Of a stretch of DNA of 64,000 nt, positions 14,011-27,813 are shown one piece after another. Source of the DNA: the human T2T-CHM13v2.0 reference genome, Homo sapiens. A program made the translations under genes and the position numbers. The stretch spans positions 28,576,001 to 28,640,000 of the forward strand of contig CP068257.2 in the NCBI GenBank assembly GCA_009914755.4. The letters run 5' to 3'. Within the stretch, counting starts at the first letter, position 1. Every line of letters starts with the position of its first letter. The notes below the pieces were generated by a model. It did no database searches, was not told the DNA's origin, and saw only the letters and a program-made list of their open reading frames with translations.

Positions 14011-16237
14011 AGTTCTTGATATTTGCTTGGTAACTCGGAAACTATGACACCGTAGACAAGTAAACTGCCTATTGCTTATTTATGTATTTGTCTTTTTAAA
14101 AATCTCCTAAAATAGAATATAAATATCATGAGCCACATGATTTTGTCTTGCTCATAAATGTATTTCCAACTACTAAAACATCACCTGGTTCATAGTAAGA
14201 GCTCAGGAAATATTCCATAAATAAAAGAAGAATGTTAGTTAAGAAAAATAACCTATGTACCCAGTATTGTAAAAAAAAAAAAAAAAACTCTCCTATATAT
14301 AAGTTATATAATATTTTCAGTTTATTTTTTCAGGTCGATGCTTAAGCAGAGAAGAGCCTAAAATAAAACTCACCTTTGGCTGTATCAGCCCATCACTATG
14401 CCTCTGAATATGCCTTCTTAAGAGGTAAACTTATGTCCCAGTGGGTTCATGAATTTTACTTCAGCTTTCTTTAAGTTTCCTAAGTATGCCCTGTGAACTG
14501 ACCTTCATTTTCTCATTTATTCTATCTCATTTCTCTCTTCTCAGTATGCAAATCCCATTTTTCCAATGCTTGCTATTATTAATCCAATATCCTTCCAATT
14601 ACCATGGCAAATATTGATGGACTAAGAGCCTAGGCTACCATTTTTGTTTAATATATAATTTTACTATACCAAGGAATCATTAATTATAATTATTTTTCTC
14701 TAAGTATATTAACACAAATACAGACAAATACAATATAGAATAATACATAACTAATAAAAATTAATACACATATACTTTTAAATTTTAGAAAGAACTTACA
14801 TGTATATTTTATGCAAATAACTTATATGTATGTTTTATGCACTTTCTCATTGAAGTAAGATTTATTTTGCTGTTACTTTTTAGGAGATGTTTGATATCCT
14901 AGGGAATTTTAGTGTTTTTTTGACCATCGCTAAATTGGAATTCTTATTAGTTAATGATGTTGCTAGGAATGGAATTTCATTTGGAAGAAGCATTAAGCTA
15001 CTTAAATAGCAATCTCAACTGTATCAGCCTACCTTTCTCAATTTGCCTTGTGATTTAATGTAAACTCGGAAAAGGGAGAGAACTTCGACTACAAGTAAGT
15101 GAATGGTAAGTTCATCAGCTAGCCATTATTGGTGGCTTCTTTGGCTTCCAAAGAAGAAGTTAACTTAAGTATAAACCTTGAATCTGTGACTTAATGTGGA
15201 AATAATTAGAAATTTGCATGGATTACCATTGTTCCTGTGTTTCCCTTACTTTTCAATCAAATATTGTTTCAAATTTCATGCTAGCTTGAATAACTATTTT
15301 TATAATAAGCAAAACAGAAAAAGCTAACTTAAATATATGTTTATTATATCAAATTTTTGATAATAGCTATCCCCTGGATAGTAACCCAGATGTGTCTATG
15401 TGTTTGTGAAAAGAAGCCTATGGGGTATGATGTCATGAAAAATCGCTTTCAGATTTTGCTGCGTATTCTGCTATGTTGGTAGAATTCAGTACATGAGACT
15501 ATGTTCACATAGTACAAAAATAAATAACATATAGTACAATTTTGCATATAACATCTATCTAAATTCAAATATAGTTCTTATCATTCACACTTGAGATCCA
15601 GATTCCATTTAAATAATATTTATTAATCTTCTATCACATGCAGGAAATGTTACATATATTACTGTAACTAAATTAGGTTACTCTTCAACTTGGCAATGAA
15701 AAATCCCCTTTGGCATAGACTTTGCTATTAAAAAAGAAGTTGGTGCAAGTTTTACAAAAGAAGGGAAATTTTTCCTGGGGCCATTCATAGTTGACACTCA
15801 GAAATTATAGTGGAGGAACACCTAGAATAGAACAGATTAGAAGAACAAGCAGCTGCATTTCCATACCTCCAAGCTCTATTCTCACAGTCTGTAATCTAAC
15901 TACATTGAACTTCACTCATCTACATGTTTGTTATTTCTACAGCCACACTTTACCATCTTGACTCTAGGGTTGAAATCCCAACTACTATGAGCCTTTTCTT
16001 TCAGACACTGGTCATTTTAGAAAATGTAAAATCAATTAACCAAGTTCAATTCTGAAAATCTCTCGAGTGCATTTTCCATGTAGAGAGAGAGTTCTCTGGC
16101 ATAAATAGGTTCAGTAATTAACAGCTTGACTCAAATGTCATTTTGAAGGATTCATTAATTCACCTCTTCTTTAATTCATCATATGTTGATTACTTAGTAA
16201 CTACAGGGCAGGCTCTGTTCAAAGTACTGGAGACCAG

Positions 16238-16357
16238 GGCCGGGCGCTGGCTCACACCTGTAGTCCCAGCACTTTAGGAGGCCGAGGTGGGCGGATCACT
16301 GAGGTCAGGAGTTCAAGTTGAGACCAGCCTGGCCAACATGGTGAAACACTGTCTCTA

Positions 16358-16400
<43 letters not shown>

Positions 16401-16562
16401 AGCCGGGTGTGGAGGTGTGTGCCTGTAGTCCCAGCTACTCAGGATGCTGAGGCAGAAGAATCTCTTGAACCTGGGAGATGGAGGTTGCAGTGAGTCCAGA
16501 TTGCACTACTGCACTCCAGCCTGGGCGACAGAGTGAGACTCCATCTCAAAAAATAAAAAAAA
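16238..16562 (+). mobile_element. Full-length Alu with a hyper-expanded middle A-linker (about 45 A at 16362-16408)
   Basis: ggccgggcgctggctcacacctgtagtcccagcactttaggaggccgaggtgggcgg...ctactaaaaa(a x about 45)ttagccgggtgtggaggtgtgtgcctgtagtcccagctactcagga...gactccatctc. Confidence 0.93.
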
Positions 16563-18377
16563 TGTACTGGAGACCAAACCACGAAGAAGGCACAGTTCCT
16601 CCCTCAAGGAGCTTGCAGGCTAATCAGGGGAGAACAGTTGCTTCAGGCCTGACTGCCATTTAGAACCAGCCTTTCAGTTGAGCATAAAAATCACAAGATT
16701 TGTGACAAGCTGTTCCAAACACAAATGCCTGCAGGGACTAGGGAGGAAAGAGAAAAACGTAAAGCAGGACAGGTAAAAATTGTGTTTGTTCCTCTAAATG
16801 AAGCAAAAGCTACACAAATGCAGTTGATTTTGGCCTCATGGGAGTGGACTCTAGTGTTACTGGATCTTTCCATTCTTAACAAGTCAGAAATCTGTATTTT
16901 TTTAAACCCTTCTTTGTTTAATGTTGCCACTAGTATGGGGTTTGAACAAAACATGTGGGACAAATTTGGCTCAAGGTTGGCCAGTTTCCATGTGTCAAAA
17001 ACCAGTGACCTCTAGATATCAATTGCCATCAGGAAAGCTCCTTATTTGAATGGGCACTGAACCCAGCCATGTTTCAGATCCTCAGTCAACAACAGGAGAG
17101 CAGAACCTGCTGCTTCCATGGAATGTTATAAGAATTAATGGCCCTGTGAAGGACTTAGATCTCCTTGGATAAAGGAACTGTGCAAGTAAACATTGTAATC
17201 AGTAATATTATGTTGTACTGGTTGACCCAAACCATGGCAGGTCAGTTCTGCATGTTACATACAGTGGTGGAGAAATCAGTTAGAGCTATTCACTATCAAC
17301 TTCTAGAACTTTCCTAAACACCTGTAATTTATCTGTAAATTACCTAGAAGAGTTTGTAAGTCTCTTCAGAAAAATGCAAATCTGATTTCTAAAACCGTCT
17401 TAATTTTAAAAGGTAATCTTAATTATTTACCAACTACTCATAAAATTTTTGTGCGGACTTGAAGTGCAGTTAAGTATGAGAAAAGGAGATTAGCTGGTAC
17501 ATGCACACGTTCTGTAACAGAACACAGCCTGTCTGCTGGAGAGATGACAGTGAATGAGTCCCCCATCCTGATTTTCCCACAGCTTAATAACCTCCAAAAC
17601 AAGGAAGTGGACATAGCGAAACTGGTCTCCATAGATTCACTTTTCCCATAACAGAGATTCTATTTTAATAAGGCTGTTAGTCAGACAAAACCCCTATTGA
17701 CCTGTGGCAGCACATTGCATGCTTTCTCTTGTTTCCCCGGTTTTACCAGTGCTTAGGAAGCAAGCCAATATCAAGTGTGGGTCAGGCTAGTAGCTGGAGA
17801 TATGCCCTGTGACTCATCTTTATCTTCAGTGTGCTTCTTTGAATATTGCACAACTGCCCATGACAGAGACACATTTTAAAGGGATCCAGACTACTCAGGC
17901 TTGAACAGAAAAGAAAACCTAGCATATGTTGAATGAATAATACAATCCAAACCAGTGATTTTTTAAAAGTCTCCTCTCAAATATTATGTATCAGGGATGT
18001 AAATTAATCAAGACTGCCTTTCCCCCATTAAAGGTCTGTGAACAAGTTGGGGATAAATCTGAATAACTACATATGTAGTTACAACAGATTTCTGGGATCT
18101 CTGCCCTGATTGGAAACAGTTTTGTCTATGTCCCATGTTATAATATAAATGTAAATAGAAGATGTTGGCCCTTGAGTCAAACATAGGATTCTTGAGCATT
18201 TCAATTACAAGCACTTTGCAGCATTGCTCCCTTGTATATACCAACTTGAGAAATAATGGCTCTGCCCCAAGTTTAAAAAATATCAAGCCCTGGGAAGAAA
18301 TTTGCCCTATAAGAACATATATATGGCTACTTTCACCTTATGATAACAGGATGATGTCAATCACCTATTAAAAATAA

Positions 18378-18706
18378 GTAGGGTGGACGCAACGGCTCCC
18401 ACCCATAATCCCAGCACTTTGGGAGGCCAAAGCAGGAGAATTGCTTGGGCCCAAGAGTCTGAGACCAGCCTGGGCAACATGGCGCAACCCTGTCTCCACA
18501 AAAGATAGAAAACTTAGTGGGGCATGGGGATGTGCACCTATAGTCCCAGCTACTCAGGAGGCTGAAATGGGTGGATCGCATGAGCCTGGGAAGTCAATGC
18601 TGTAGTGAGCTATGGTTGCACCACTGCACTCCAGCCTGGATGACAAAGCAAGACCCTGTCTCTAAAAAAAATAAAAAAGTAAATAAGTAAATAAACTCAG
18701 CTAGAT

Positions 18707-18737
<31 letters not shown>

Positions 18738-18740
18738 CCC
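18378..18740 (+). mobile_element. Alu (older, AluJ/S-like) with long A-rich tail including (AAATAAGT)-type motif
   Basis: gggtggacgcaacggctcccacccataatcccagcactttgggaggccaaagcaggag...gcactccagcctggatgacaaagcaagaccctgtctctaaaaaaaataaaaaagtaaataagtaaataa...(a)n. Confidence 0.88.
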
Positions 18741-19234
18741 AAACCTCATAAGCTCTTTTGCTGGAATTTGTCACGTAGCTGGAGATACAAAGTACCCAGT
18801 CTTGGAAAAGATTTAAGAACTATGTTTAAGCTTGCCATCAATGTACAAACATTAAAATAATTAGAAATTCACATGGCAAATTTGAAACTAAACTAATAAA
18901 AAGAAATTTCTGGTATTTTCTGCCACAATTAAATTTTAAAATATGGTAAGATTGATATACATAATACTCTCGCTTAGGATCTGGTCTATTCCAAATAGAA
19001 TTGTTCTCACAATAGCAATGTATTTTATAGTGACCATACAGTCATGATGATCATCAAAGGGACAATAAGAATACACAGATAAAAAGAGTACAATGGGATT
19101 AAACAGATTGTGTTTCATAGATTCATTTCTGACTTTCTTGCTAGTAATGGAAAAGTAATGCAGACTTACTTCATTTCCAAAACAGAGACTTAGTTATTTG
19201 GTTACAAGCTCATTAAAATACCAGATTTATTATC

Positions 19235-19335
19235 ATGATTAATATATATATATATGTATATATATAGTATATATATAATTATATATAATATGTATCAAAT
19301 ATGTAATTATATATACATATAGAGGATATTATTAA
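19235..19335. repeat. AT-rich simple repeat (TA/TATG-type)
   Basis: atatatatatatatgtatatatatagtatatatataattatatataatatgtat... Confidence 0.85.
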
Positions 19336-20317
19336 AGTGATTGACAGTTAATATTTGAATTATGTCTCTATGTAAAATTGAGGTTTGAATAACACCTTGA
19401 TTTGTATCCAGTAATTTGAGTTGTAGAATTTATTCATCTAAGCTCTAGAGAAAAGGCTGCCATCTACTGAAAAATTAGGGTGTCTTCTTGGAGTCCAAGG
19501 ATAGTCCCGAGAAAACTCTACTACCATTGTGGCCATTACTTTTTCTAAAAGCTACAAAATGAAAAATGAGGTACCATGATTATTCCCCCGGCATTTAAAC
19601 AAATAAGGAGAGGGATGTATGTGAGACGGAGGGGCAAACACGTTTGGTGTATGGAGGGTTCACCGTAAAGTGAAGGGGTGAGGGTTGGGGAATCACTCAA
19701 TAACAGTACTTAGAATTACCAAGACCTGAAATCTGGGAAAAAATTGGTTGGTGGACTAAAATATAAACAAGATGAAAACATTGAGATAAATGGGGGGAAA
19801 ATTAGAAGCTCTGAAAACAGAAACCACAGAAATATAGATGGGAGAGAGAAAGTGAGATAGAAATAGAGGCTAAAAATAGGGAGGCATTAGTAGTTCTGAA
19901 GAATGGAGGTATACAGTTTATCTGACACCTTCCAGCCCTGTCTAGCATGTCCTTCTGTACTGCAGAGACTCATGAGTGACATATTTCACACAATGCCTTT
20001 CAGGTTATTCTGGATACTATTTTGACTTCAAATATTAGTTACATTTGCAAGAAATTTGTTTTGACCCTGAGTTACATAGAAAGAGAGGATGGTTTCAGCA
20101 CGTTCATTTCGTTGACCTGGATGGTGACAGAGGAGCCATGTTCCTGGAGCCAGCAGCTTTGTTAATGGTTCTCTGACATGGAAAGAAGCTTCCAGATACT
20201 TCAACGTTTACATCATGGTAGAAGCAGTACCTTCTGGGTTGTCCAGTATTGCTTGTGGTTTTGGGGATTATTCCTGAAGGCTGAGGCTAGTCTATTTGTT
20301 CACTTTCCCCAATAATT

Positions 20318-20548
20318 CTATGAACTGTATATTTGTTTGGAAATACTTTTCTGTGGACACTAACTAGAATGGATTCATAGGTCTCAGTAAAAAAAGTTGA
20401 CTGGTACAGAAGGAAATACACTATGAACTGTATATTTGTTTGGAAATACTTTTCTGTGGACACTAACTAGAGTGGATTCATAGGTCTCAGTAAAAAATGT
20501 TGACTAGTACAGAAGGAAATTGTTGAGTTGGTTGGGACAAAAAGAGAT
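20318..20548. repeat. Tandem duplication of a roughly 115-bp unit (2 copies)
   Basis: Copy 1 at 20318-20432 and copy 2 at 20433-20548 both read ctatgaactgtatatttgtttggaaatacttttctgtggacactaactaga(a/g)tggattcataggtctcagtaaaaaa(a/t)gttgact(g/a)gtacagaaggaaat. About 4 mismatches are visible. Confidence 0.9.
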
Positions 20549-21280
20549 CTTTCCATTTTTCATATAGTATTATTGAATAGGGCTGTGAGCTTGTTTCTCA
20601 CTCAGTTGTGGAATGTTAACTGATTAATCTCACAGGGATTCTTCAGCCTTAAACTCTTATTAGTGGGTTTACTTTGAACATAAAAATATTCATATCCTAT
20701 TAGCAGACAAATTCATTAGGATTCATCAAGATCCAAAACCTAGTCACATAGGAAACTTGATGAAGTCAAACCAGCATGACAAAACTTCCTGCTTCCAGGT
20801 TGACCCTTAACATTGATAACAGCTTTTGCTTTATTTTGTTTCTAAAGATGATTTCAAAAGCAATTTATGGTTTTTACTGGGACTAGAGTTTCATAAAAGA
20901 ACATGGCTGATAGTGGGTCACCAATCTGAATGCACAGTCAGCTAAAGTAGTAGGGAAAAGCTAAGTGCAGTCAGAAGCAGAAACAATGATTTAGAGCTAT
21001 ATGGGTCATATGAGGCGGAGGAGGTAAGAAAAATGACTTTTCACAATATGACAAGGAATACAAATATGCAGAAGGAAACAGATTCTCTAATAGATGATTA
21101 AATAAAATGAATGCAGTATGTGCTATAAAATTTAAGGTAAACAATAATTATTATAGGTCTATTGAAAGAAAAATAAACGGAAAGCTGAGAAATGCATTGA
21201 GCTGAAGGACTGAGCAGAGCCAGTCCCAGCAGAGCCAGTAAGCCCAGCAGAGCCCAGCAGAGCCAGTAAGATACAAAAGG

Positions 21281-21567
21281 CCAGGCATGGTGGCTCATGC
21301 CTGTCATTCCAGCACTTTGAGAGGCAGAGGTGGGCAGATCACCAGAGGTCAGGACTTCGAGATCTGCCTGACCAACATGGTGAAACCTTGTCTCTACTAA
21401 AAATACAAAAATTAGATGGGCACAGTGGTACGTGCCAGCTACTCAAGAGCCTGAGGCAAGAAAATTGCTTGAACTCAGGAGGCGGAGGTTACAGTGAGCC
21501 AAGAGTGCACCGCTGCACTCCAGCCTGAGTGACAGAGTGAGACTCCATCTCCAAAAGAAAAAAAAAA
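21281..21567 (+). mobile_element. Full-length Alu
   Basis: ggccaggcatggtggctcatgcctgtcattccagcactttgagaggcagaggtgggcagatcacc...gcactccagcctgagtgacagagtgagactccatctccaaaagaaaaaaaaaaa. It is preceded at 21190-21275 by a short cagcagagccagtaag-type tandem repeat. Confidence 0.93.
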
Positions 21568-21744
21568 AGTTACAAAAGAAAGATTCTAAGCAAATGCCCA
21601 TAAAATGCACAAGTGCTTTAAGTTGAAATCAGTATGTTGTTTTCTAAGGCACTGTGCTTTTAGGAAAAGGAAGTGAAAAAAAGGTATCTCCTTGTTAAAA
21701 TCCACAAGTTTCTTAGAAGTGGCAATTTCATGGAGGCATCACAG

Positions 21745-23050
21745 TACTCCCCTTCAAACTATACTATAAGGCTACAGTAACCAAAACAGCATGGTACTGG
21801 TACAAAAACAGACACATTGACCAACAAAACAGAATGGAGAACCCAGAAATGAAGTCACATGCCTACCACCATTTGATCTTTGACAATGTTGACAAAAATA
21901 AGCAACACAGAAAGAACTTCCTATTCAATAAATGGTGTTGAGATAACTGGCTTTGCCATATGCGGAAGAATGAAACTAGACCCCTACCTTTTACCATATA
22001 CAATCATGAACTCAAGATGGATTAAAGATTTAAATGTAAGATGTCAAACTGTAAGAATCCTGGAAGCAAACTTAGGAAACACCAGTCTAGACATCAGCCT
22101 TGGGAAAGAATTTATGACTAAGTACCTAAAAGCAATTGCAATAAAAACAAAAATCAACAAGTGGACTTAACCAAAATAGAGAGATTCTGCACAGCAAAAG
22201 AAACTGTCAACAGAGTAAACAAACATTCTACAGAATAGGAGAAAAATATTCACAAACTATGCATCTGACAAAAGTTTAATATTCAGAATCTATAAGAAAC
22301 TTAATTCATCAAGCAAAAAACAAATAACTCCATTAAAAAGTAGGGAAAAGCCATGAACAGACACTTCTTAAAAGAAGACACGCAAGCAGCCAATAAACAT
22401 GAAAAAGTGCTCAACATCACTAATCACCAGATGAATGCAAATTAAAACCATAATGGGATACCATCTCACAACAATTAGAATGGCTACTATTAAAAAGTCA
22501 GAAGACAACAGATGCTGGCGAGGCTGTGTAGAAAAGGGAACGGTTATACACTGTTGGTGGGAATGTACATTAGTTCAGCCACTGTGAAGAGTTCACTGAA
22601 GCACTGCCTACAATAGCAAAGACATGGAATCAACCTAGGTGCCCATTAATGGTGGATTGGATAAATAAAATGTGGTACATATACACCATGGAATATGATG
22701 CACCCATTAAAAAAATGAAATCATGTTCTTTGCAGCAACGTGGATGCAGCTAGAGACCATTATCCTCAGCAGGAACAGAAAACTAAATGCTGCATTTTCT
22801 CACTCATAAAAGGGGGCTAAACACTGTGTACTCATTGACATAAAGATGGCAATCATAGACACTGAGGACTACTAGAGGAGAGAGGGAGGGGTGCAAGGAC
22901 TGAAAAACCATTGGGTACTATGCTCACTATCTAGATGGCAGGATCAATCATACCCCAAACCTCAGGATCAAACAATATACTCATGTAACAAATCTGCACA
23001 GGTACCCCCTGAATCTAAAATATAAGTTAAATTACAAAGAAAAAAGAAGT
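21745..23050 (+). mobile_element. L1 (LINE-1) 3-prime fragment covering the ORF2 C-terminal region through the 3-prime UTR (5-prime truncated)
   Basis: ctacagtaaccaaaacagcatggtactggtacaaaaacagacacattgaccaacaaaacagaatggagaacccagaaat..., ...gatgctggcgaggctgtgtagaaaagggaac...ttggtgggaatgtacattagttcagccactgtgaag... and ...atgtggtacatatacaccatggaatat... match L1 ORF2 / 3-prime UTR consensus from memory. The ORF 21880-22170 is L1-derived. Confidence 0.85.
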
Positions 23051-24489
23051 AGTATCAGGTTCTCAGTCACTGCATGGAAGATAAAATAGATCTCACATGG
23101 GAAATCCAGATCTTGCTGAAGACATCCAAGTCCCTTTATGTTCTATAATTTCAATAACAGCTTCCAATGTGGGAGCTCTTTTACCTCTGGGAACGTTAAC
23201 CCATAAAAAAATAGAGCAGAAGTGAGACTCCAATCTTTAACCTGACACAGAAACTTCTTGTAAAAGTCAGTAGGCCTTGAAAGAAAGTTAATATGCCACA
23301 GAATTTGGCTTTATGGCTTTGATGGTGTGTGAATACATTTAAATGAAAAGAGAGACTGTCAGTGGCGGAGAAGCTGAGGACTAGGAAAAGGACACCATGT
23401 TGCCACATTAGTATGTGATGTAATTTTTTCCATCACTATTTTCTTAGACACAATATTAAATTGTAATGTTACTTTTATTTAAGCCAATCAGTATTACATA
23501 TTGTATGATTTAATGCTGTAATTCAACTCACCTTTCCCAAGAAGATAGTTATTAATGTAATGTTTAAATTGTTATCACTCTGTGTACAATTATAAAGATG
23601 ATGTTATTCTTATTTTCTAACAGGAGGAAGACTTTTTCCAGCCAAGTTACTTTAGCCATTTCAACCCCTTTCTCCTTAATGGGAAGCAGATGGCTATTGA
23701 TTGATTCCTGCAGAGAATGTTGAAACATTAGATCCAGTAGAGAATGCCAAAGAGCTGCAGCAATTCATGGGTAAAAGGGAGAGTTTTTCAGAGATATTAC
23801 AGGGAAGTGTTATTTTTTATCTTCCATCTCTCAATTAATAAAGATTTGAGCAAATACATAAGCCATGACCAAAATTTAACAAGGAGGAGCCTGAGGATAG
23901 CAGCAGAAACCCCAAAGTGATTAAGTGAAATGAGAACAGCATGAGATTTAGCAGGGAAAAAGTTTGCTTAATTCTACCAGGTTTAAATTCTTGCCAGTTC
24001 CTTGAGAAGGAGGAAATGAAGAAGGATTCAATGTTCCTCTAGGTATCCTTTACAGGGCTGTATTCGATATAAACATGTTTTATTGCAGGCAATAGAGCAA
24101 ATCACCATTTGATTAGGGTAGAGAGCAGATTCTATGCCATCAGTGCCTTGAACTTTGTTCAGTGCCTTGGACGTTGTTACAAGTACAGATGTGTTGGGTT
24201 ACCTCTACTTGCTTTATAGAAACAAAATTTTCTCTAACATACCATAGATGTAGGTTGAAAATGTACGGTTATATAGCCCCATCACTCTGAACTCTATGTT
24301 TCTATACCTCATCCAATACAATGGCTCAGTTCTCTCCCTGGGTCCCTGCTCTTGATTATGAGAATAGTATGTAATTAATTACCTTTAGGAGAAACATAAT
24401 GTTTTAATTCACTCTACAAAAAGGATTCTTTGTTAATAAAAACATAGATGCACTTTACTATTACTACTGTTACCACTAGTCAATGTCAA

Positions 24490-24720
24490 TGGCTACTGTT
24501 TATTAAGAACTTACTTTGTGACAGTCATTATAATCCATGAGTGTACATTACCATAATTGGTTAACACACCTCCAGGTGGTAAGTATTTTTATTATTAGCT
24601 CCACTTACATATAAGGAAACTGCAGCTTAGTGAATTTAAGAAACTTGCTCGAGGCTACACAGTTTGTAAGTGGTGCACATGGTTTGAACCCACTGAATCA
24701 TCCCTTTCATTGACTACTTT
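24490..24720 (-). mobile_element. MIR SINE
   Basis: tattattagctccacttacatataaggaaactgcagcttagtgaatttaagaaacttgctcgaggctacacagtttgtaagtggtgcacatggtttgaacccac is the reverse complement of MIR core plus tRNA-like region. Confidence 0.6.
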
Positions 24721-26137
24721 GTTCTTCCAGAGGAAGCAGTAACTTACAAGTAATTCAAAGTATTATTGCTTAATCAATGACTAATCTCCTGAACCAACTT
24801 TCAGATATTAAACACAGACAGATATACAGATGTCTTTTCACATAGCTATGTTTTAATCTTGGAAAGAAATATAAATATCCCATTTCGTCCTCATAATAGC
24901 TATTGAGGAGGATATGATAGGTTTTATCATGTAAAATTTATCATGGGGTAATTGAAGCTCAAAGATATATAATCTGTCTAAAATTACACAGCTAATATTT
25001 GGCAAAGCTTGAGTCTTCCAAATTTAGACTTTTTTTTTTTTTTTTGCCAATCCACAAGGTTTACCCAAGATAGTCTTCCAATAAAACTATGCCCATCTGT
25101 CTCAATCCCTGATTGCTGACCTCCTGAGATATTTTTAAATCATGAAATGCTTTCAAACTGATTAGCTAGTATTTATAAACTAGTGAGCACTAACCACCTC
25201 AGAAAGGAATTTGAGACTTGTCTTAAACACGGAAATGATCAGGTCATTGCCATCAGTGTGGTCCCTATGATGACAGCAGTATTTAGAAAAGTATATTTCA
25301 AATGTTTATTAAAGTCATAGAGAAGAATGATGTACTTTACATTGCATCTCATTTGTCAAGAGTGATTATGATCTGAGCTTTGCAAATCAAGATCATTGAT
25401 GAAATGGAGGAAGTAATCGATGTGAAAAATATTCTGCATGTTTATGTGATCAAACACCAAAGGTTCATGGTTTTACTTTTCAAAATGAGCTTCTGCATAT
25501 GGGCAGAAGTATACAGTACAGTGGTGTGCTGACAGTAAGGATGAGGGGAGGTGCCAGGGACATATCAGGGACATATGTGTCTGCGGAGTGACAGGAAATA
25601 CCTTTCTGAATTACCAACTTTCTCAAAAATTGAGGAGAAATAAAACTAAATTACTGAACTGGTGCTATAAGATACTCATTAGAGTATTGAAACAAATACA
25701 CAACATGTTAGAATGAAAAAATATTGCATCAATTACAACAAAATAAGACATGGGATTTCTAGGAGATTTCATGACTGCAAATGAAGGTGTGGCTAAGGAT
25801 TCACCTGCCATCTCTCAGGGACATGTCTCTCTTGGCTTTTGGGAGCTATCACTCTGGAACCCGAGAACTAATTTAGGGAAAATCTGGAAAAGATTTTAGT
25901 AGAGGAGGAAGCTTTGTTTTTCTTTCAATAAAGTCAGTGAACCAGGACATGGAAATTTCTGGGAAGACTTAATGTGTCAATCTAAAGGAAAAACTGAGGC
26001 CAAATTAATATAAGTAGAGAGTTTATTTGGGCCACGTTTGAGGACTGCAACCTGAGAGGATAGATGCAAATTGCCTGGAATATAGACTCTGATTAGAAAC
26101 AGTTAAAAGTGAGTTTAAAAAATTTTTGTATTTATGT

Positions 26138-26422
26138 ATTTTCTTGAGACAGGGTCTTGCTCTGTCACTCAGGCTGGGGCACAGTGGTGCAATCTTGGCT
26201 CACTGCAACCTCCCAGGTTCAAGCAATTCTCTTGCCTCAACCAGGCAAGTAGCTGTGATTACAGGCATGGACCACCTCACCTGGCTAATGTCTGTACTTT
26301 TAGTAGAGACAGAGTTTCACCATGCTGGCCAGGCATGTCTTGAACTCCTGGCCTCAAGTGATCCGCCAACCTCAGCCTCCCAAAGTGCAGGGATTACAGG
26401 CGTGAGCCACCACACCTGGCCC
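26138..26422 (-). mobile_element. Alu, minus orientation
   Basis: gagacagggtcttgctctgtcactcaggctggggcacagtggtgcaatcttggctcactgcaacctcc...cctcccaaagtgcagggattacaggcgtgagccaccacacctggccc. Confidence 0.92.
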
Positions 26423-26461
26423 AAGTACATTTTTAAAAGAAAAGAAGAGGCAGTTCCTAAA

Positions 26462-26772
26462 TGTTTTTTTATTTTTATTTTTATTTTTTTTGAGACGTAG
26501 TCTCGCACTGTTGCCCAGGCTGAAGTGCAGTGGTGTGAGCTTGGCTCACTGCAAACTCTGCCTCCCAGGTTCAAGCAATTCTCCTGCCTCAGCCTCCTGA
26601 GTAGCTGGGACTACAGGTGCGTGCCACCATGCCCGGCTAATTTTTGTATTTTTAGTAGAGACGGGGTTTCATCACATTGGCCAGGATGGTCTCGATCTCC
26701 TGACCTCGTGATCTGCCCGACTCGGCCTCCCAAAGTGCCGGGATTACAGATGTGAGCCACCATGCCCAGCCC
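26462..26772 (-). mobile_element. Alu, minus orientation. With 26138-26422 it forms a head-to-tail tandem pair about 40 bp apart.
   Basis: (ttttta)n-tttttttgagacgtagtctcgcactgttgcccaggctgaagtgcagtggtgtgagc...gcctcccaaagtgccgggattacagatgtgagccaccatgcccagcc. Confidence 0.92.
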
Positions 26773-27419
26773 CTAAATTGTTTACCAAGAATTTACATGA
26801 AAATAACATAAGCTATTGATTGACTATATATTGTTCTTTATCTCACAAATTCCAGGAACATGACAATAATGGACAGGGCAGCCAGTCAGGAACAAAATGA
26901 CTTTAAACCATTGTCCCTGAGCATGGGTGACGAGGGAGAAAAACCTGACTGAGGTCCCATCCTCATGTCTCTCTGGGCTTAATAAATTTCACATACTTCA
27001 CAGCCCAGACTGCTCTCAGTGGTTTTGCTTTTCTTGTAAGCATCTCTCTCAGATGAGGGACTTTTTGATGTTACGGTGTTCTCTGAGACTCCCAATGACT
27101 CCAAAGTATTTAACCTTTCCAGCTAATATTAAAAGAATCTGAAGAGACAGCATTAAAAACTCAAAGGTAAAAAAAAGAACACTTACCATTGGTTTATTCA
27201 TTAAGTTCAGATTTTTAGGACCCAACTGGATAGAGCAGATGGCAAATGGAGGTTTCACTCATTTACCACTGCTGAACTACCAGAAGCTGAATGGAGTTAT
27301 GGCTTATGAAAAACTGCTTAACTATTTTGTGAACCCAAACCTTCAACTTTAGAAAAATTCAGTCTTTAATGCATACATACCTAAGAGCATGTCTAAATTG
27401 TGAAGCATCTGTATGACGA

Positions 27420-27813
<394 letters not shown>

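Noticed and set aside
26126-26755. ORFs of 124, 69, 85 and 76 aa on both strands
   Set aside because: Translations of two tandem Alu elements (the ...[13 protein letters not shown]..., ...[13 protein letters not shown]... and GITG peptide motifs are characteristic Alu reading frames). The same explanation applies to the ORFs at 2857-3173, 7420-7817, 9544-9804, 18357-18581, 21098-21307, 27413-27938, 31126-31446, 33214-33441, 43980-44222, 52540-52845, 57974-58186 and 60529-60876.
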